A model generated the notes under the pieces. It worked only from the letters and a program-made list of their open reading frames with translations, was not told the origin of the DNA and did not search any database. From Cycas panzhihuaensis (lineage: Eukaryota; Plantae; Cycadophyta), in contig CM041465.1 of the NCBI GenBank assembly GCA_023213395.1, positions 165,237,741-165,301,740 of the forward strand: a DNA stretch of 64,000 bases, given 5' to 3'. Made by a program: the position numbers and the translations under genes. Shown piece by piece: positions 35,826 to 48,559 of this stretch (positions are counted from its first letter, which is position 1; each line of letters starts with the position of its first letter).

Positions 35826-38800
35826 CATGGCCTTTGATAAGTCAGAGTAGCATGAAAAATACAAGTGCAAATTAATTATGCCAACTGATTGCAATGTATT
35901 GAAATAATCTTTGAAACCTATGAGGCACTTGAAGTAGTTAATGGCAAACTTATAAAACCAACTACCACAAACATGACAACTCTTCAAACATGTAACAAGA
36001 CAATTGCTTTGCTAATAAATTCATAATAATGAATGTAATTGGCACAAAACTCCTATATATTAAGATGATAGACTCATTAAAGACCAATGGGATAAATTTA
36101 GAAATATAAATGACACTGATAGTGCTACCAAATATTCAGACTTGAAAAAGGGGCTTCATTAAATGAAATTCTAATCCCATGATTCAATAATTAAATAGAT
36201 TAATAGATTTAAGGAGTTGCAATTCTAATTAGCTAAGTAAGGATATAATATTAATGAACAAGATATGGTTGAGACTATTTTGAACAATCTCCATGAGGGG
36301 TTAAAGCATTTTAAAACCATGATTAATCTATATAAGTATAGATCCACTATGACCTTAAATGAGTTTTAAAGTTACCTACTTAATGAAGTAGAGGAGCCTT
36401 ATAGTCATAGAGAAGGTGAAAGAGTTTTTTCAAGGAAGATATACAAGTTAAGGATCTAAAATTGAAGGATGATCTTTTTATATTTATAAAAGAATAGGTC
36501 AACTATCTATAGATTATAGGAGCAATATAAGCTCTCTAAGAGATGTTCACATTAATTTTTAAAGAGGAGATTAATTACACATCATAATAGAGGAAGTAAT
36601 CGTTGACATTTTAATAATAATATAAATGAGTAAAGATGGGGAAAGTAAACCTATAACTACAACAAGAGCTAAGGATATCACAATAGTACTTATAAAGGTA
36701 GATGTCATAATAATTCTATTTAATATAACAATTAGAATACAACTTAGTTATTCATAGTTTACACCAATAATATTGAAACCAAAACTTCGTAAATCGATAA
36801 TGGTTATTTAATAATAAAGTCTTCAAGGATACCACTAAGGAGGGAATCAATGAGAAAATGGTTTGTTATGATGACATAAAACATAAGATTGAAGGAAGTA
36901 GTATAATCAAAATAATAATAAATAATGCTCTATTTGTTCTTAGCTTGAAGAAAAACCTTCACTTACCCAAATTATGAAAGAGAAAAAGACCTTGTTGGTT
37001 GAATTTGACTAAGAATGATATCTTATTAAAGATAAATAAACAATTTCAAATCATTACTGAACTATTGGGGATGGAGAATGTTATAAGTTAGATACCTTAT
37101 TCAACAAGCATTGAAGCTACAATTGTAATATCACAGTTGATAATCAACTATTGCATGAAAGACTATGTGGTATAAACTATAATTACTTGGGGATGACGAA
37201 GAGAATATAAATGGTTAAAAGCCTACCAAACATTCAATATGATAGATCAATATGTGAAGCTTGTTAAATGGTAAACCTTTAAAAAAATTCATTTGATAAT
37301 GATGAAAAGTGGAGAGCTAGTGAACCTTTAGAACTTGTCAATAGTGATCTATGGGGACCAATACAAATGTCATCATTTGGTGGATCAAGATAGTTCTTAA
37401 CATTTATTGATGATTATAACAAAAAGATTTAGGTATACATTTTGAACAATAAATCTAAAATTTTTGAACATTTCTTAGTATTCAAGGTTATAACAGAAAG
37501 ATAATAAAAAAGAAGGTTAAAGTTTTTGAGTTTAGATTATGGTGGTGAGTGTATTTTAAAAGAATTCATGAATGATTATGGAACTAATGGAATCAAAAGG
37601 CAATTCTCTACTTTCTTCACACCTTAACATAATGGTGTCATAGAAAGAAAGAATAGAATTATTTATGAATTAGTAAGGAGTATTGTAAATGAAAGGAATC
37701 TATTTGATTAATATTTAGTAAAAGTAGTTAGAACTACTATCTATGTTTTAAACATAAGCCCCATAAAAGTAGTTAAGAATATTACTTCAAAATAAACTTA
37801 ATTGAAGAGAAAACCAATTGTTAGCCATATGAAATATTTTAGAATTATAAAATACATGCATTTACCTAAGGAAAAAAGAAGTCAAAATTAGATATAAAGG
37901 CAACCAAATACATCTTTATTGGGTATGATAAACATAAAGTGTCATATAGATTATTCATTGAAGAAGCAAAAAAAGTGCATGCAAGTAGAGATGTAATTTG
38001 ATATGAATATCATATAAATGTTCAAAAGTAAAATGAATGCAAAGGAACAAAGAAAATAATAGAGTAAGAATTGGAAAATAACATTACCACTATCAACATT
38101 AGTGACGAGGAAGACACAAATATGCCTGGTATTAGCTTAAGTCCCATGAAACCTAGATGGTTTAGAAAAATGATAAAGATATCAAAATAAGATCAAATCC
38201 CTATAGGTCATGGTGTAAATACTAAAAGTGTGAGATAAAAGAATAGAGTCAACTTTGTCTTAATTATAAGAGTGCAAAGTATTATAGAACCTAAAAATTA
38301 TAAGAAATCTAAGGAAGTGAAGGAATTGTAAGATGCCATAGATGAAAAGTATTAATCTTGAATAAAAAATAACACTTAAGAATTAGTTAAACTTCCTAAA
38401 GATAAATATAATATTATATGAAAGTGGATGTATAAAATCAATAGTGATATTAAAGACCAAATGAAAATGTATAAAGCAAGATTGGTTATAAAAGATTATG
38501 TTCATAAATAAGGTATTGACTATGAAAAAACCTTTATGCCAACCACAAAGATGAATACTATAAGAATAGTTTTTTTAGTTTCATTAAGAATGAAATGGCC
38601 TATGCATCAAATGGATATAAAAAATGTATTTTTATAGGTGAAATTATTAAGAAGGTGTATGTTCAATAGGCTCTTGGTAATGGAAAGAAGGGTTAATAGA
38701 ACTATGCCTACAAATTATCTGAGGTCTCAAATGGTGTAAATTAAGCTTAAGGGCTTGGTCTAAGAAAATTGATAATTATTTGAGAGAAATATAGTTGAAG

Positions 38801-39188
38801 AGAAACCCTAGTGATTCATACCTATATGTCATAAAAGATGGGAAAGATGTTATGATCTTAGTGGTTTATTCTAATGATTTATTAGTATGTAGCACTAATA
38901 ATAATATGGATTGAGAAGAAAAAAGGAAGCAACATAAAGCTTTTAAAATGAAGGATTTAAAATTAATGTATTACTATTTAGGCATTGAGTTCTAGTAGAT
39001 AAATGCTAGAATATTTATTTCTCAAACTAAGTATATGCCAAAGAAAGAATATAGAAGCTTTAAATGTTTGAATACAATCCCATAACAACTCTAATAGAAA
39101 CTACTCTTAAGTTACTCTTAAATGAGTTTTTATATAAGCAATTAATTAGCAACTTAACTTCCTTGGCTAATACCAGGCCAAAAGGCTA

Positions 39189-39222
<34 letters not shown>

Positions 39223-39623
39223 GTTTGTAAAATGGTAAAGTTGATGACTTCTCCTAGATAATTACATTAGTTAGTAGTTAAAAGAGTTATTCAATACTTA
39301 AAATGAATAATAAACTATGAAATTATGTATGCTAGAGATATAAGTATAAATATAGAAATTTAACTTTTAAGTTATTTAAATATAAAGTAGGTTATTTCCC
39401 TTAATGATAGAAAATCAACAATATGATATATATTTTAGATTGTGATAGGTGGAGTTTCTTAATATCGTAAGAAATAGAATATTACTACCGGATCTTCCAT
39501 AGAGGCTAAATATAAAGAAACACTATAATAGTTGTTTTCAAGGCTTCATAGCTTAGGAGAATCTTAGATGATTTATAGTTTAGATAAATATATTCCATAG
39601 TTACGCATTGTGATAGCCAAGTA
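35826..39623 (+). pseudogene. Heavily decayed Copia gag-pol (element F), cut in RNase H by element G
   Basis: NYAN*LQCIEIIFETYEALEVVNG (gag); PLELVNSDLWGP and FLTFIDDY (INT); MYKARLVIKDY and HQMDIKNVF (RT); HCDSQ (RH) immediately before the insertion. LTRs not confidently found. Confidence 0.85.
39190..39222. repeat. (GT)n(AT)n microsatellite inside pol of F
   Basis: Direct reading. Confidence 0.85.
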
Positions 39624-40009
39624 TGTTAAATAAAGTGCATTTAGGTTTATTATCATCCCTTTTCTTGATATATATTTATCTCAAATTTGATCTTGTATAT
39701 TATTGATGATAATGTAATCTATAATAATCTAAAAATTAAGTGATGAAGTTAGTATTTTTAATTAATATAAAGTCATGTTTTTAAGGGAGCCCATTTTAGC
39801 GCTTATAAATAGGAGAAGTCCTCAACTCATGATGTATTATTTTATTATTTCATAATGGGTTAATATCTTTCTAAAGATATTTTATCACTTGGTAATCTAC
39901 CACTTCTATTGTTGTTGATTAATATATTCTAATGTTTATTATTTACTATTAAGAACTATTATTATTTCCTAGAAACACCATCTAGGTCTACTACAACTAG
40001 TATCAGAGC
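39624..40009 (+). mobile_element. 5' LTR (39624-39995) and Met PBS (39998-40009) of LTR element G; partner LTR not in the window
   Basis: TGTTAAAT...CTACA then TAGTATCAGAGC; TATAAATA within the LTR; breaks the RNase H frame of F. Confidence 0.75.
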
Positions 40010-40815
40010 AAGGTTACACCCATCATTAAAGCCATTATGCATACTTAAAATATCTATTTGAAGGTTTGTGAATGAATAATAATGTTGTCTAATTTCTAGG
40101 TTGTTTACTTTAAATTCATTGACCCAAGGTTTATGAATAGAAGTCATGGGCAAATATACCCCTAAGGCTTATGAGTAAGAGCTATTTATGAGTGGAAGTG
40201 AGGTGTAAATTTGATGCATGCTATCATGGTTTATAAGTTAGTAGTTATATTTATAGTACACACCAAATCAAGATCCATGGGCTAAGGATAAAACCATTTT
40301 AAAGTTTGATATGTCATGTCATTATAAAGTTGTATTTAATATGCCACTACAAAGGGAAGTTTAAATTAAATACCTTACTACCATTGGGAAGTTTGAATCT
40401 AATGCATGGTTTCCATTGTGAAGTTAGACACAGATTGTTATGCTACTAAGGATTAAGTTGATTGTAAAATTTATAATCCATAGATGCATACTGATGAGGC
40501 CCATTTTGGTCAAAATCATCCTCTAAATTAATCACCTTTTCCCTTACTTTAATGATGATTCTATAAGCCCCCATGCACTTTAATCATGAGTATTAGCCAT
40601 AGAATGATGCACCTTCTATTTTATAGAGAATTAACTCTTATGGCAATATGCTGATATATTTTGTACATTGTCATGACTCATGACTTACTGACATTTATTA
40701 TTATAGTAACTTAAGGCTTATCATTATGGTAACTTAGTACTTACTACAAGACTATTAATGACTAACTACATTTATGTAAATGGTTTATGACATTATGTTT
40801 GGTATAAATGACAAC

Positions 40816-41653
40816 TGTTGACTTAGATTTCCCACTGTACTTATGGGAAAGGTACACTTATCAAGGTTACACGGGCTATAGTCTAGTTAGGATACAGTCA
40901 ACATGGTTATCCACATACATTCCACAGATTAATTAATGTTTCCACATAATTATACTACAACAGTACATAGTAGCACAGAAATCAGCATATATTCTGCATT
41001 CCATCCTCATAAACATAGAGAATACAAGGTTTTCCACGTAACTGCTTATTTTATTAAGTAATATTTCTTTACACAAGGTGTTGGAATGCATTCCCTGTGC
41101 ATTCCAGCCTTATACACTAACTCTGTGACATGCGTATCCAGGAGGTACCCATCAAATACATGGCTTTAGGCTACTGTCATGCATAACAATCTCCGTACCA
41201 ATGTATGCTGGTATACTCGGCTCTCACCCTAACCGAATGGTCCTTAGGAAGTCACTTAAATACGCTCCTTGGTGTCTTTTCGCTGAAGGGTTATGACTGT
41301 CTGTCATAACTGTACCTTTTCCATCATGCGTACCTCTTCCTAACCATTGGTTAGATTCCTTAATCATTGTCTTAACTCATCTGTCCATCTGTACGTACAT
41401 CTGACATCACTCCATGCTCCCTTCTGTTTAGTCTTTCCATGCGTACCGATATTATTGGCTTGTGTTCTGTTCGGAGGTATGTATCTATGTTGCGTACCTT
41501 ACCAGGTACACACCTATCATACGTACCCAGAATATTGAATTCTCTATTTTTCGCTACATGCGTACTTTTGTATGGTCCATACCTGCATAGTCCAAGGGAA
41601 ATCGGCTCCTCTCTGGTTGCCTATAGCCCAGTGTATCACATTATGCTCCAACA
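40816..41653 (-). repeat. 3' LTR of H
   Basis: Direct repeat of 50500-51335; TG...CA ends. Confidence 0.95.
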
Positions 41654-41777
41654 TCTATCCCTGGTCAACATGAAGGGTTTGAGTATCCTTGCTCAACAAA
41701 ATTTTTCAAAATTTAGGTTATTCCTCCCCCTCCCCATCTCAAGGTTGCTCCTGCTGCTACTATCTTGTAGACAAAAT

Positions 41778-42890
41778 TTACTTATTGATTTGGGTCAATG
41801 TAGAAATTATGACATCTTTTTCCTTAATTTTATCCTGAAGGGCTACTATTTCTGCCTTATGCCCTTCTTCCATGTCCATAATTAGTTGTATTATCTGACT
41901 GGATTTATTCTCTATCATGGGTGGTGCTGACGTCTCCCCTGCTTCTATTTCTAGTGGAAAGTCTTCCCATTCTTCTAAGGGAACTTCCACATCCTCTGCC
42001 TCTGTTGATTCTTCATCATTCTTCTTTCTTTTACTATTTTTTCGTATGGTTTGCTTAACCTGGTGAGGAATTAGTACCCCAGGGGTTTACTGCAACTATT
42101 TAAGTACTTTACTCATACATTTTTGTACTGTCCTTTTAACTTTTGGATTTGTTGTTATATCTTGAAACTCAGTCACCCATTTTTTAATGAGGGGTTCCTT
42201 TGAAGAAGTGGTTGTCTTCACCAGCTATACATTTAGACACTGGTAGAATAGGATAGCTAGCAATAGTGAAGGGTAGCAAAGAGGATAGGTCATTATCTCC
42301 TGAATTTGCTGCCACATGTCTTCTCCTAGAAATTTAGACCAATCCATCTTTTCTCCATCATGAATCTTCAATAATATTGGCATCATTCCCCCTGGAATGT
42401 AAGTGTATTTCCTTTTTGACAAAAACCTAGAATTAATGACTTTGGCTATCCACTATAACTGAATGTCTTTAATATCTGCCACAAAGTTTCCACCTGAAGT
42501 CAGTTGGGTGTGTTCTTGGCAGAATTCTTTTAGCCATAACTCACAGTCCACTTCGGAGCATTTGGTCGCTACGAGTACCTCCCCTTCATTGGGAAGTCCT
42601 GTTATTAGATGTACTGTCTCTCCATCTATATTAATTTTGCTCATATCCTTCTTCAATTCTGTCAAGATACTATCCATGATTTCTGGGTCATAGTACATAG
42701 GGTTACAGTATATGTACTCTCCCCAGGCAGCTTGCCTGATTTTTGCCTGAAATGGAGGGGGTAATGCTTCGAGGTCCTTCTTCAACCTGGGTATAAAGGT
42801 CTCCTGGCAGCCTGCTGTCCTCATGCTGGCTATGGGGTTCCAGAAAAAAATTAAAATTTCCTGGAGAATGGGTATGAACCCTACATGCAT
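41778..42890 (-). pseudogene. Extra ORF downstream of pol in H (env-position ORF, function unknown), broken into pieces
   Basis: Consecutive minus-strand ORFs 42453-42890, 42225-42422 and 41778-41990 (INIDGETVHLITGLPNEG; KMDWSKFLGEDMWQQI; coiled-coil tail). Confidence 0.7.
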
Positions 42891-43099
42891 ATCTTTTCTG
42901 GTATGGTTACTGTTGCTGGACTGTATACTTACTAAATTGAGGTCAAATTACGTCCTTTTGTCTCCCTGGATCGCAAGGCTTGTGCTTGACTGATTGTTAT
43001 TAAGAATCTGGATGGAATTGTACTTGATCTCTGGTTGCATACTGCATGAGAATGCTTGCAGGTATGTAATATATACTTTTATCTTATTCACCTCTTTGT

Positions 43100-43405
43100 T
43101 CTATGTGTACTTTGACGGCATACTTTTTACGGTACACATAGTATATACTATTTAAGTTATCCATTTTTAACTATGCGTACACTGTAGTATATTTTTTCAG
43201 TATACATACTGTCTTTTAGCTTGTTTTATATAGTGCGTACCAGATATCATACTTTTTTCTGGTATGCAAAGTGTATTTTATCTTATTTTACATAGTGCAT
43301 ACTAGATAACGTTCTTTTCTGGTATCTATAATGTATTTTACACAGTATGTACCTGGTAATATACTTTTCCTGGTATGTATAGTGTATTTTCCTGGTATGT
43401 ATGAA
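43100..43405. repeat. Degenerate ~50-60-nt tandem repeat between INT and the extra ORF of H
   Basis: Recurrent TAGTGCGTACCAG..ATACTTTT..CTGGTATG..AGTGTATTTT units. Confidence 0.7.
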
Positions 43406-43686
43406 AAATTCAAAGCTTTTTGACAGAATTCTTTCTTATCCTTGATTCTTTTAATTATAATATCCTTATTTTCAATGATTCTTCATATTGCTTATGTATA
43501 TAGTATAAGTTACAGTTGTTTTTCTTGTTTTTTCATTTTTTTTTGTATTTTTGTTTCCATACTAGTGTGGATCACATTCTGGTATCAAGGCAATTTGATT
43601 TGCCTCAACTTCATGCAATACAATATAGTACAACCAATTGATCTGGCTGGTAAGGCTAATCTATTTGATGTATGGTTTCAATCTAC

Positions 43687-46600
43687 TACCATTCACTCAA
43701 GTAGGTAGCAATGGTCTGCCTATTTCCCGAAGTTGCACCGATCTGTTCTCGAAGATCTTTTCTGCGATGTAAGGTCCCAACGACCACATCTTGAGTTTGC
43801 CAGGGTGTATTTTGAACTTGCTATCGTATATCAACAATTGATCATCTTCTTTGAATTGAGGTTTACATAAATGTCAGTCGTGCCATGCCTTTTGTCGTCT
43901 CTTTTCTACATTTTGCAACCATTTCCCCATATGTCACTTTTCTTCTAATTGCACCAATTCTTCCAGTCACTGCCATAAGGATTGGAAGTCATCTAATCGA
44001 TAGTGCATAGCAATTCATAGACTTGGTATCTCAAATTCTGTCAGAAGAATGGCTTTTGTTCCATAGATGAGCTGGAATGGAGTCTGTCCAGTTGATCTTT
44101 TGTACATTGTTCTGAATGCCCATAACACGAATGGTAATTTCTTAGCCCAATCGGATCTACCGATGTCACATATCTTCCTTAAGCAGTTCTCAATTATTTT
44201 ATTTGAACTTTCTACTTGGCCATTTGCTCTAAGATAATATGGAGCAGATTTCTGATGACTTATCATAAAAGTTGATGTCAATGTCTCTATAGTTTGATTC
44301 AGAAAGTGGGCACCTTAGTTGCTCATAATTTCTAAGGGGCATCCAAATTATGTAATAACCACCTCGTACAGAAATCAAGCTGTACTTTTTGCATCGACTT
44401 TCTGTAATGCTCTTGCTTCTACCCACTTTGTCATATAGTCTGTTGCCACCAAAATATATCAGGCTTTTGATCAACAAGCGGCTAATTTAATTAGCCCCAT
44501 AAAGTCGAGTCCCCATTTCTCGAATGGTGCTAGAGGTAAAATGGGATGTAGGGGTTGGAAATCCTATCGATTAGGTTTCCCAAATCACTGGAAATAGTTA
44601 CAAGCTTGGATTCACTTCCTGACATCTTCAAACATGGATGGCCACCAAAATCTGGACATCAAAATTTTTTGCCATGTGGCTAATTTGCTCATGTGTCCAC
44701 CTGCTACTCCTTCATGTGCTTACGACATGATCTGGTTGATCTCGTGTGGTCAAACATAACGTCATAACACTTCATCTGGTCCCAGTTTGTACAATTCTCT
44801 ATTTATTAATTGGTATGGTTCTACTTTCCTGACGAAATTTCATCTTTCTGTACGATCTAATTCTACTGGTACTTCTCCAGTCGCTAAATATTCTAGTATT
44901 CCCTCATACCAGTCTGTTGGAACTACCTCCACACTGAATAATGCTGCGTCTAGAAAATCATCTAGTATTCCTATGGCTTTTTCCCTATTTGAGTTTCTAG
45001 ATAATTGGTCAGGAATAATATGGGCTTTCCTAGGTTTTACAATGATTTTAAAAGAAAACTCTTGGAACAACATTAACCATCTGCTGATCTGCCCTCTCAT
45101 GATTGGTTTGTTTACCAAATACATCAATGCTTGGTGGTCCATAAAAAATAAGAATGGATTTGCTAGTAAATAGTGTTAAAATTTTTGCAGTGTATATACC
45201 ATGCCAAGTGCTTCTCATTCTGTCATGGTATAATTTTTCTTGGCCTTTGTAAGTTTTCGACTAGCGAAATATATTGGGTGATCCATCTTATCGTTACTGG
45301 GTTGTGCCAATATGCATCCAATAGTGTATTATGAAGCATCCACATGTACATGGAAGGGTTTTCTCCAATCCAGAAATAGTAGTATGGGTGCTGATATAAT
45401 AGCTTATTTTAAAGCTTCAAATACTTGCTACTATTCCTCTATCTATTCCCATTTAATGTTTTTCTTTAGCAATTCTTCAAGGGGTCCTGATATGTATGTA
45501 TATCCCCTAATAAACTTTCTGTAATATCCTGTCAATCCTAAGAAACCTTTCAGTTGTCTCCTTGTAAGTGGCATAGGGAAATGTAAAATTACAGATACCT
45601 TGGGTGCATCGGCCAATCCTTCTTTGCTGATGATGTGCCCCAATAGGTTTCCAAAGGGTACCAGGAAGGTACATTTTTCTAAGTTTAAACACAACTTGTT
45701 TTCATAGCATGTTTGTAACATTTCCCTCAAAATTTCCATGTGATCTTTCATTAATCCATATAGTGTCTAATCGTCTAAGAATACAGCCACTTTTTCTGCA
45801 ATGATTTTTCAAAATATGTTGATCACGATTCTCTAGAATGTAGCCAGTGCATTCGTAAGACCGAATAGCATTACTTTATAAGCATAAGTTCCCCATTCTG
45901 TCATGAATGTGGTCTTCGCTTGATCTTCAGGGGTAATCTGCACTTGATTGTACCCACTAAATCTGTCAGTGAAGGAGTATATTTCATTTCCTCTCACTGC
46001 TTCCAGAATGTCTTATGTAAAAGGTAACGGAAAGGGATTCTTTTTTGTTACCTTGTTTAATTGTCTGTAATCTACACAAACACGTATTTTTCTATTCTTT
46101 TTGGGAACAATGACTATGGGGCTCACCCAGTCACTATAGTCAATCTCGTAAATGTATCCCGCTTCCAACATTTTATCTAATTCTGCTTTCACCATTTCCT
46201 TATACTTGGGATTCATTCGGTATGGTCTTTGCTTCATGGGTTTTGCATCTTCCCCCAAATCAATGTAATGCATTCCTATTTTCGGAGGAATACCTTTTAG
46301 GTCCTTGTATGACCATGCAAATATATCGTAAAATTCCATAAACAACTATTGCACTTCTGCTATTGTGTGATTATCCTAATAATTTTTGATTCGTATTAGT
46401 TTAGGAGCATCTTTGCTGCTGACATTGATCTCAGTAGTTTTTAACTTGGTCACTCCAACATCTTCCTTGTTTCTGATTTTGTGCCCCAGAGTATCCTCTA
46501 ATTTTATTTCTCCAACATTAAGTTCTATGAATTCTACAGGATAATTCATAGCTTCTTCTTCTTCGCCATATACTGATTCTTTTTCCTCTTTATTTTTTAG

Positions 46601-48350
46601 TTCTTGCTTTAATTTTATATTCATTCTTCTAATATTATTTAGGATTCTATCTATATTCTTATTTTCTGATGTATGCATAAAGGTTTTTATAAAGGATTTC
46701 TTCAAGCTTTCCTAAGTCACATCTAGACTTTGTTCCTTTCTGAGGAACCAATCCTTTGCTACCCTTCCCAAGGTATGGTAGAAGTAGTTAGACCAACTTT
46801 GCTTGGGTATACTTAAGGATATCCAATTTTGTTTGCATTTTTATATATGCTCACTAGGGTTTTGACCTATATAGAATAATGGGGTATCTAACTATTTTGG
46901 ATGATCGAATTGAATTCAAAAACATTGTTTGTAACTCTTTCTAATTTTTAAGAATGGTTTGGTGGGCTAGGTACCAATACCAAGCCATTCCCCGTAAGGT
47001 CAATACCAGATCTTATTGCCATTGGTTTTTATCCCAATTCTCATGTTCTATCTAGTATTCAATACAGTGAGTTAGGAGGGTAGTCCCATATAATTGTTCT
47101 CCGTAGAATGGTTTAACATGACTCTCAATGTAAATTTTACGATTTATTTCTTCTGGGATAATTACTCTATTGCCTATACCAGAGTCTCTAGAAGTATTTA
47201 TCAGCGATTCTCCTTCCATTTCCCTAGTTTTGGTGCCAATCGTTGGAAGGGACCAGTTGCTGGGTGGGTATACTTCTAAGGAAGAGGAGGAAGGAATGTT
47301 ACTTCCTTCCCCGTGTTGTAATAAAGGGGGGGAATAAGGAATCTACCTTAGGACCCACGCTTGAGGTAGAAGGAAGGTCAGGGTTACTATTAGCTACTAT
47401 AAAACTATGAAAAATACTAGGTATGCTAGGGGGTTTTTAGTCTAGTTGGCTGTTATCCCTTAAACTATCATTAGTCATTATATATTCAAAAGAATCTAAA
47501 TTATCATTAATGTCTTTAGTTACACATTTAGATAATATATTACATCTATAAGAGGAGGAGCTTACTTCATAGTTGTCCTGCAGTCAATAGTCCACAAATC
47601 TCATTCCATTTTCGTCGTCTGAAGAGTTGTATATGTCTTCAAAATAAGTCGGTGGGCTCCTCAGTAGTATGGTAGAGGTTTTCTTCATCGAGGGAAGAGG
47701 CCGTTGTTTCACTTACGACAGTCGTACTCGATCCCTCATCTAGTATCATTTTAATGGAATTTCTTCCCAGCATTGGTAATACTACTTTGTTCCCATTATC
47801 TGACAAGGTGAAAGTCATATTCTTCTAATTTTAGAGGCACTGGGTCTTGTATAGCCAAGGCCTTCCCAATAATGCTGAATAGGGTATTGTCCATTTTTCT
47901 ATTTCTACGATCATAAAGTCAATCTTTACGATAATTCCTACCACATCCACTTTGATGTCAGCTAATCTTCCCATAGGTCGTACTAATAATTCATTAGCCA
48001 ATTTTAACGAATATATTACTACCTCCAACTTTGGGCTTCCCAGTTTTTGCCATGTTGAAGCATACAATATGTTGATGGATACACCTCCATCGATAATTAC
48101 TTTTGGGAATGTTTCTCCCAACACCATCATTGTTACCATAGGATCCATGTTAAATGATGGCATCAGTTTTTTAAAGCTTTTCGTAATTCCACGTTATAAT
48201 ATTCCTCCTTTAATCCAATCAATTACTTGGCATAGGGTGATAGTTAATTGTAGTTATTTTACTAAATTCTCCATCAACAATAGCATTCTCGGAATATCCT
48301 CGGTTAGTAATCCTTTGAATAATTCTTCCATCTACACCATCTGAGGCTAC
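43687..48350 (-). pseudogene. pol of H (PR, spacer with capsid-like repeats, RT, RH, INT)
   Basis: IIDGGVSINIL..LLGRPWL (PR); WVSPIVIVPKK..RVCVDYRQLN and FLDD (RT); DHPIYFASRKL and DHQALMYL (RH); PFEKWGLDF and ANGQVESSNK (INT). Confidence 0.93.
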
Positions 48351-48559
48351 ACTTTTAGTTATTCTGGTATGTTTTCTTTTTCTTTTTGCTTATTTTTCCA
48401 TACGTATACATATTTGGTTTCTGGTTTCCCCATTGGTAATGCATTTTCTTCTTGAGCTAAGCCATCCAACACTTGTTTTGCTTACTTAAACCAATTTATT
48501 TCTATTTGTGGATCTAGGTATTCTCTATTCTATTTCTCCTTCTGTTTATTTTGGAGTTT

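Noticed and set aside
41347-41885. ORFs of 63-148 aa here, with similar copies at 50760-51387
   Set aside because: Chance frames inside the two LTRs of H; the similarity reflects LTR duplication
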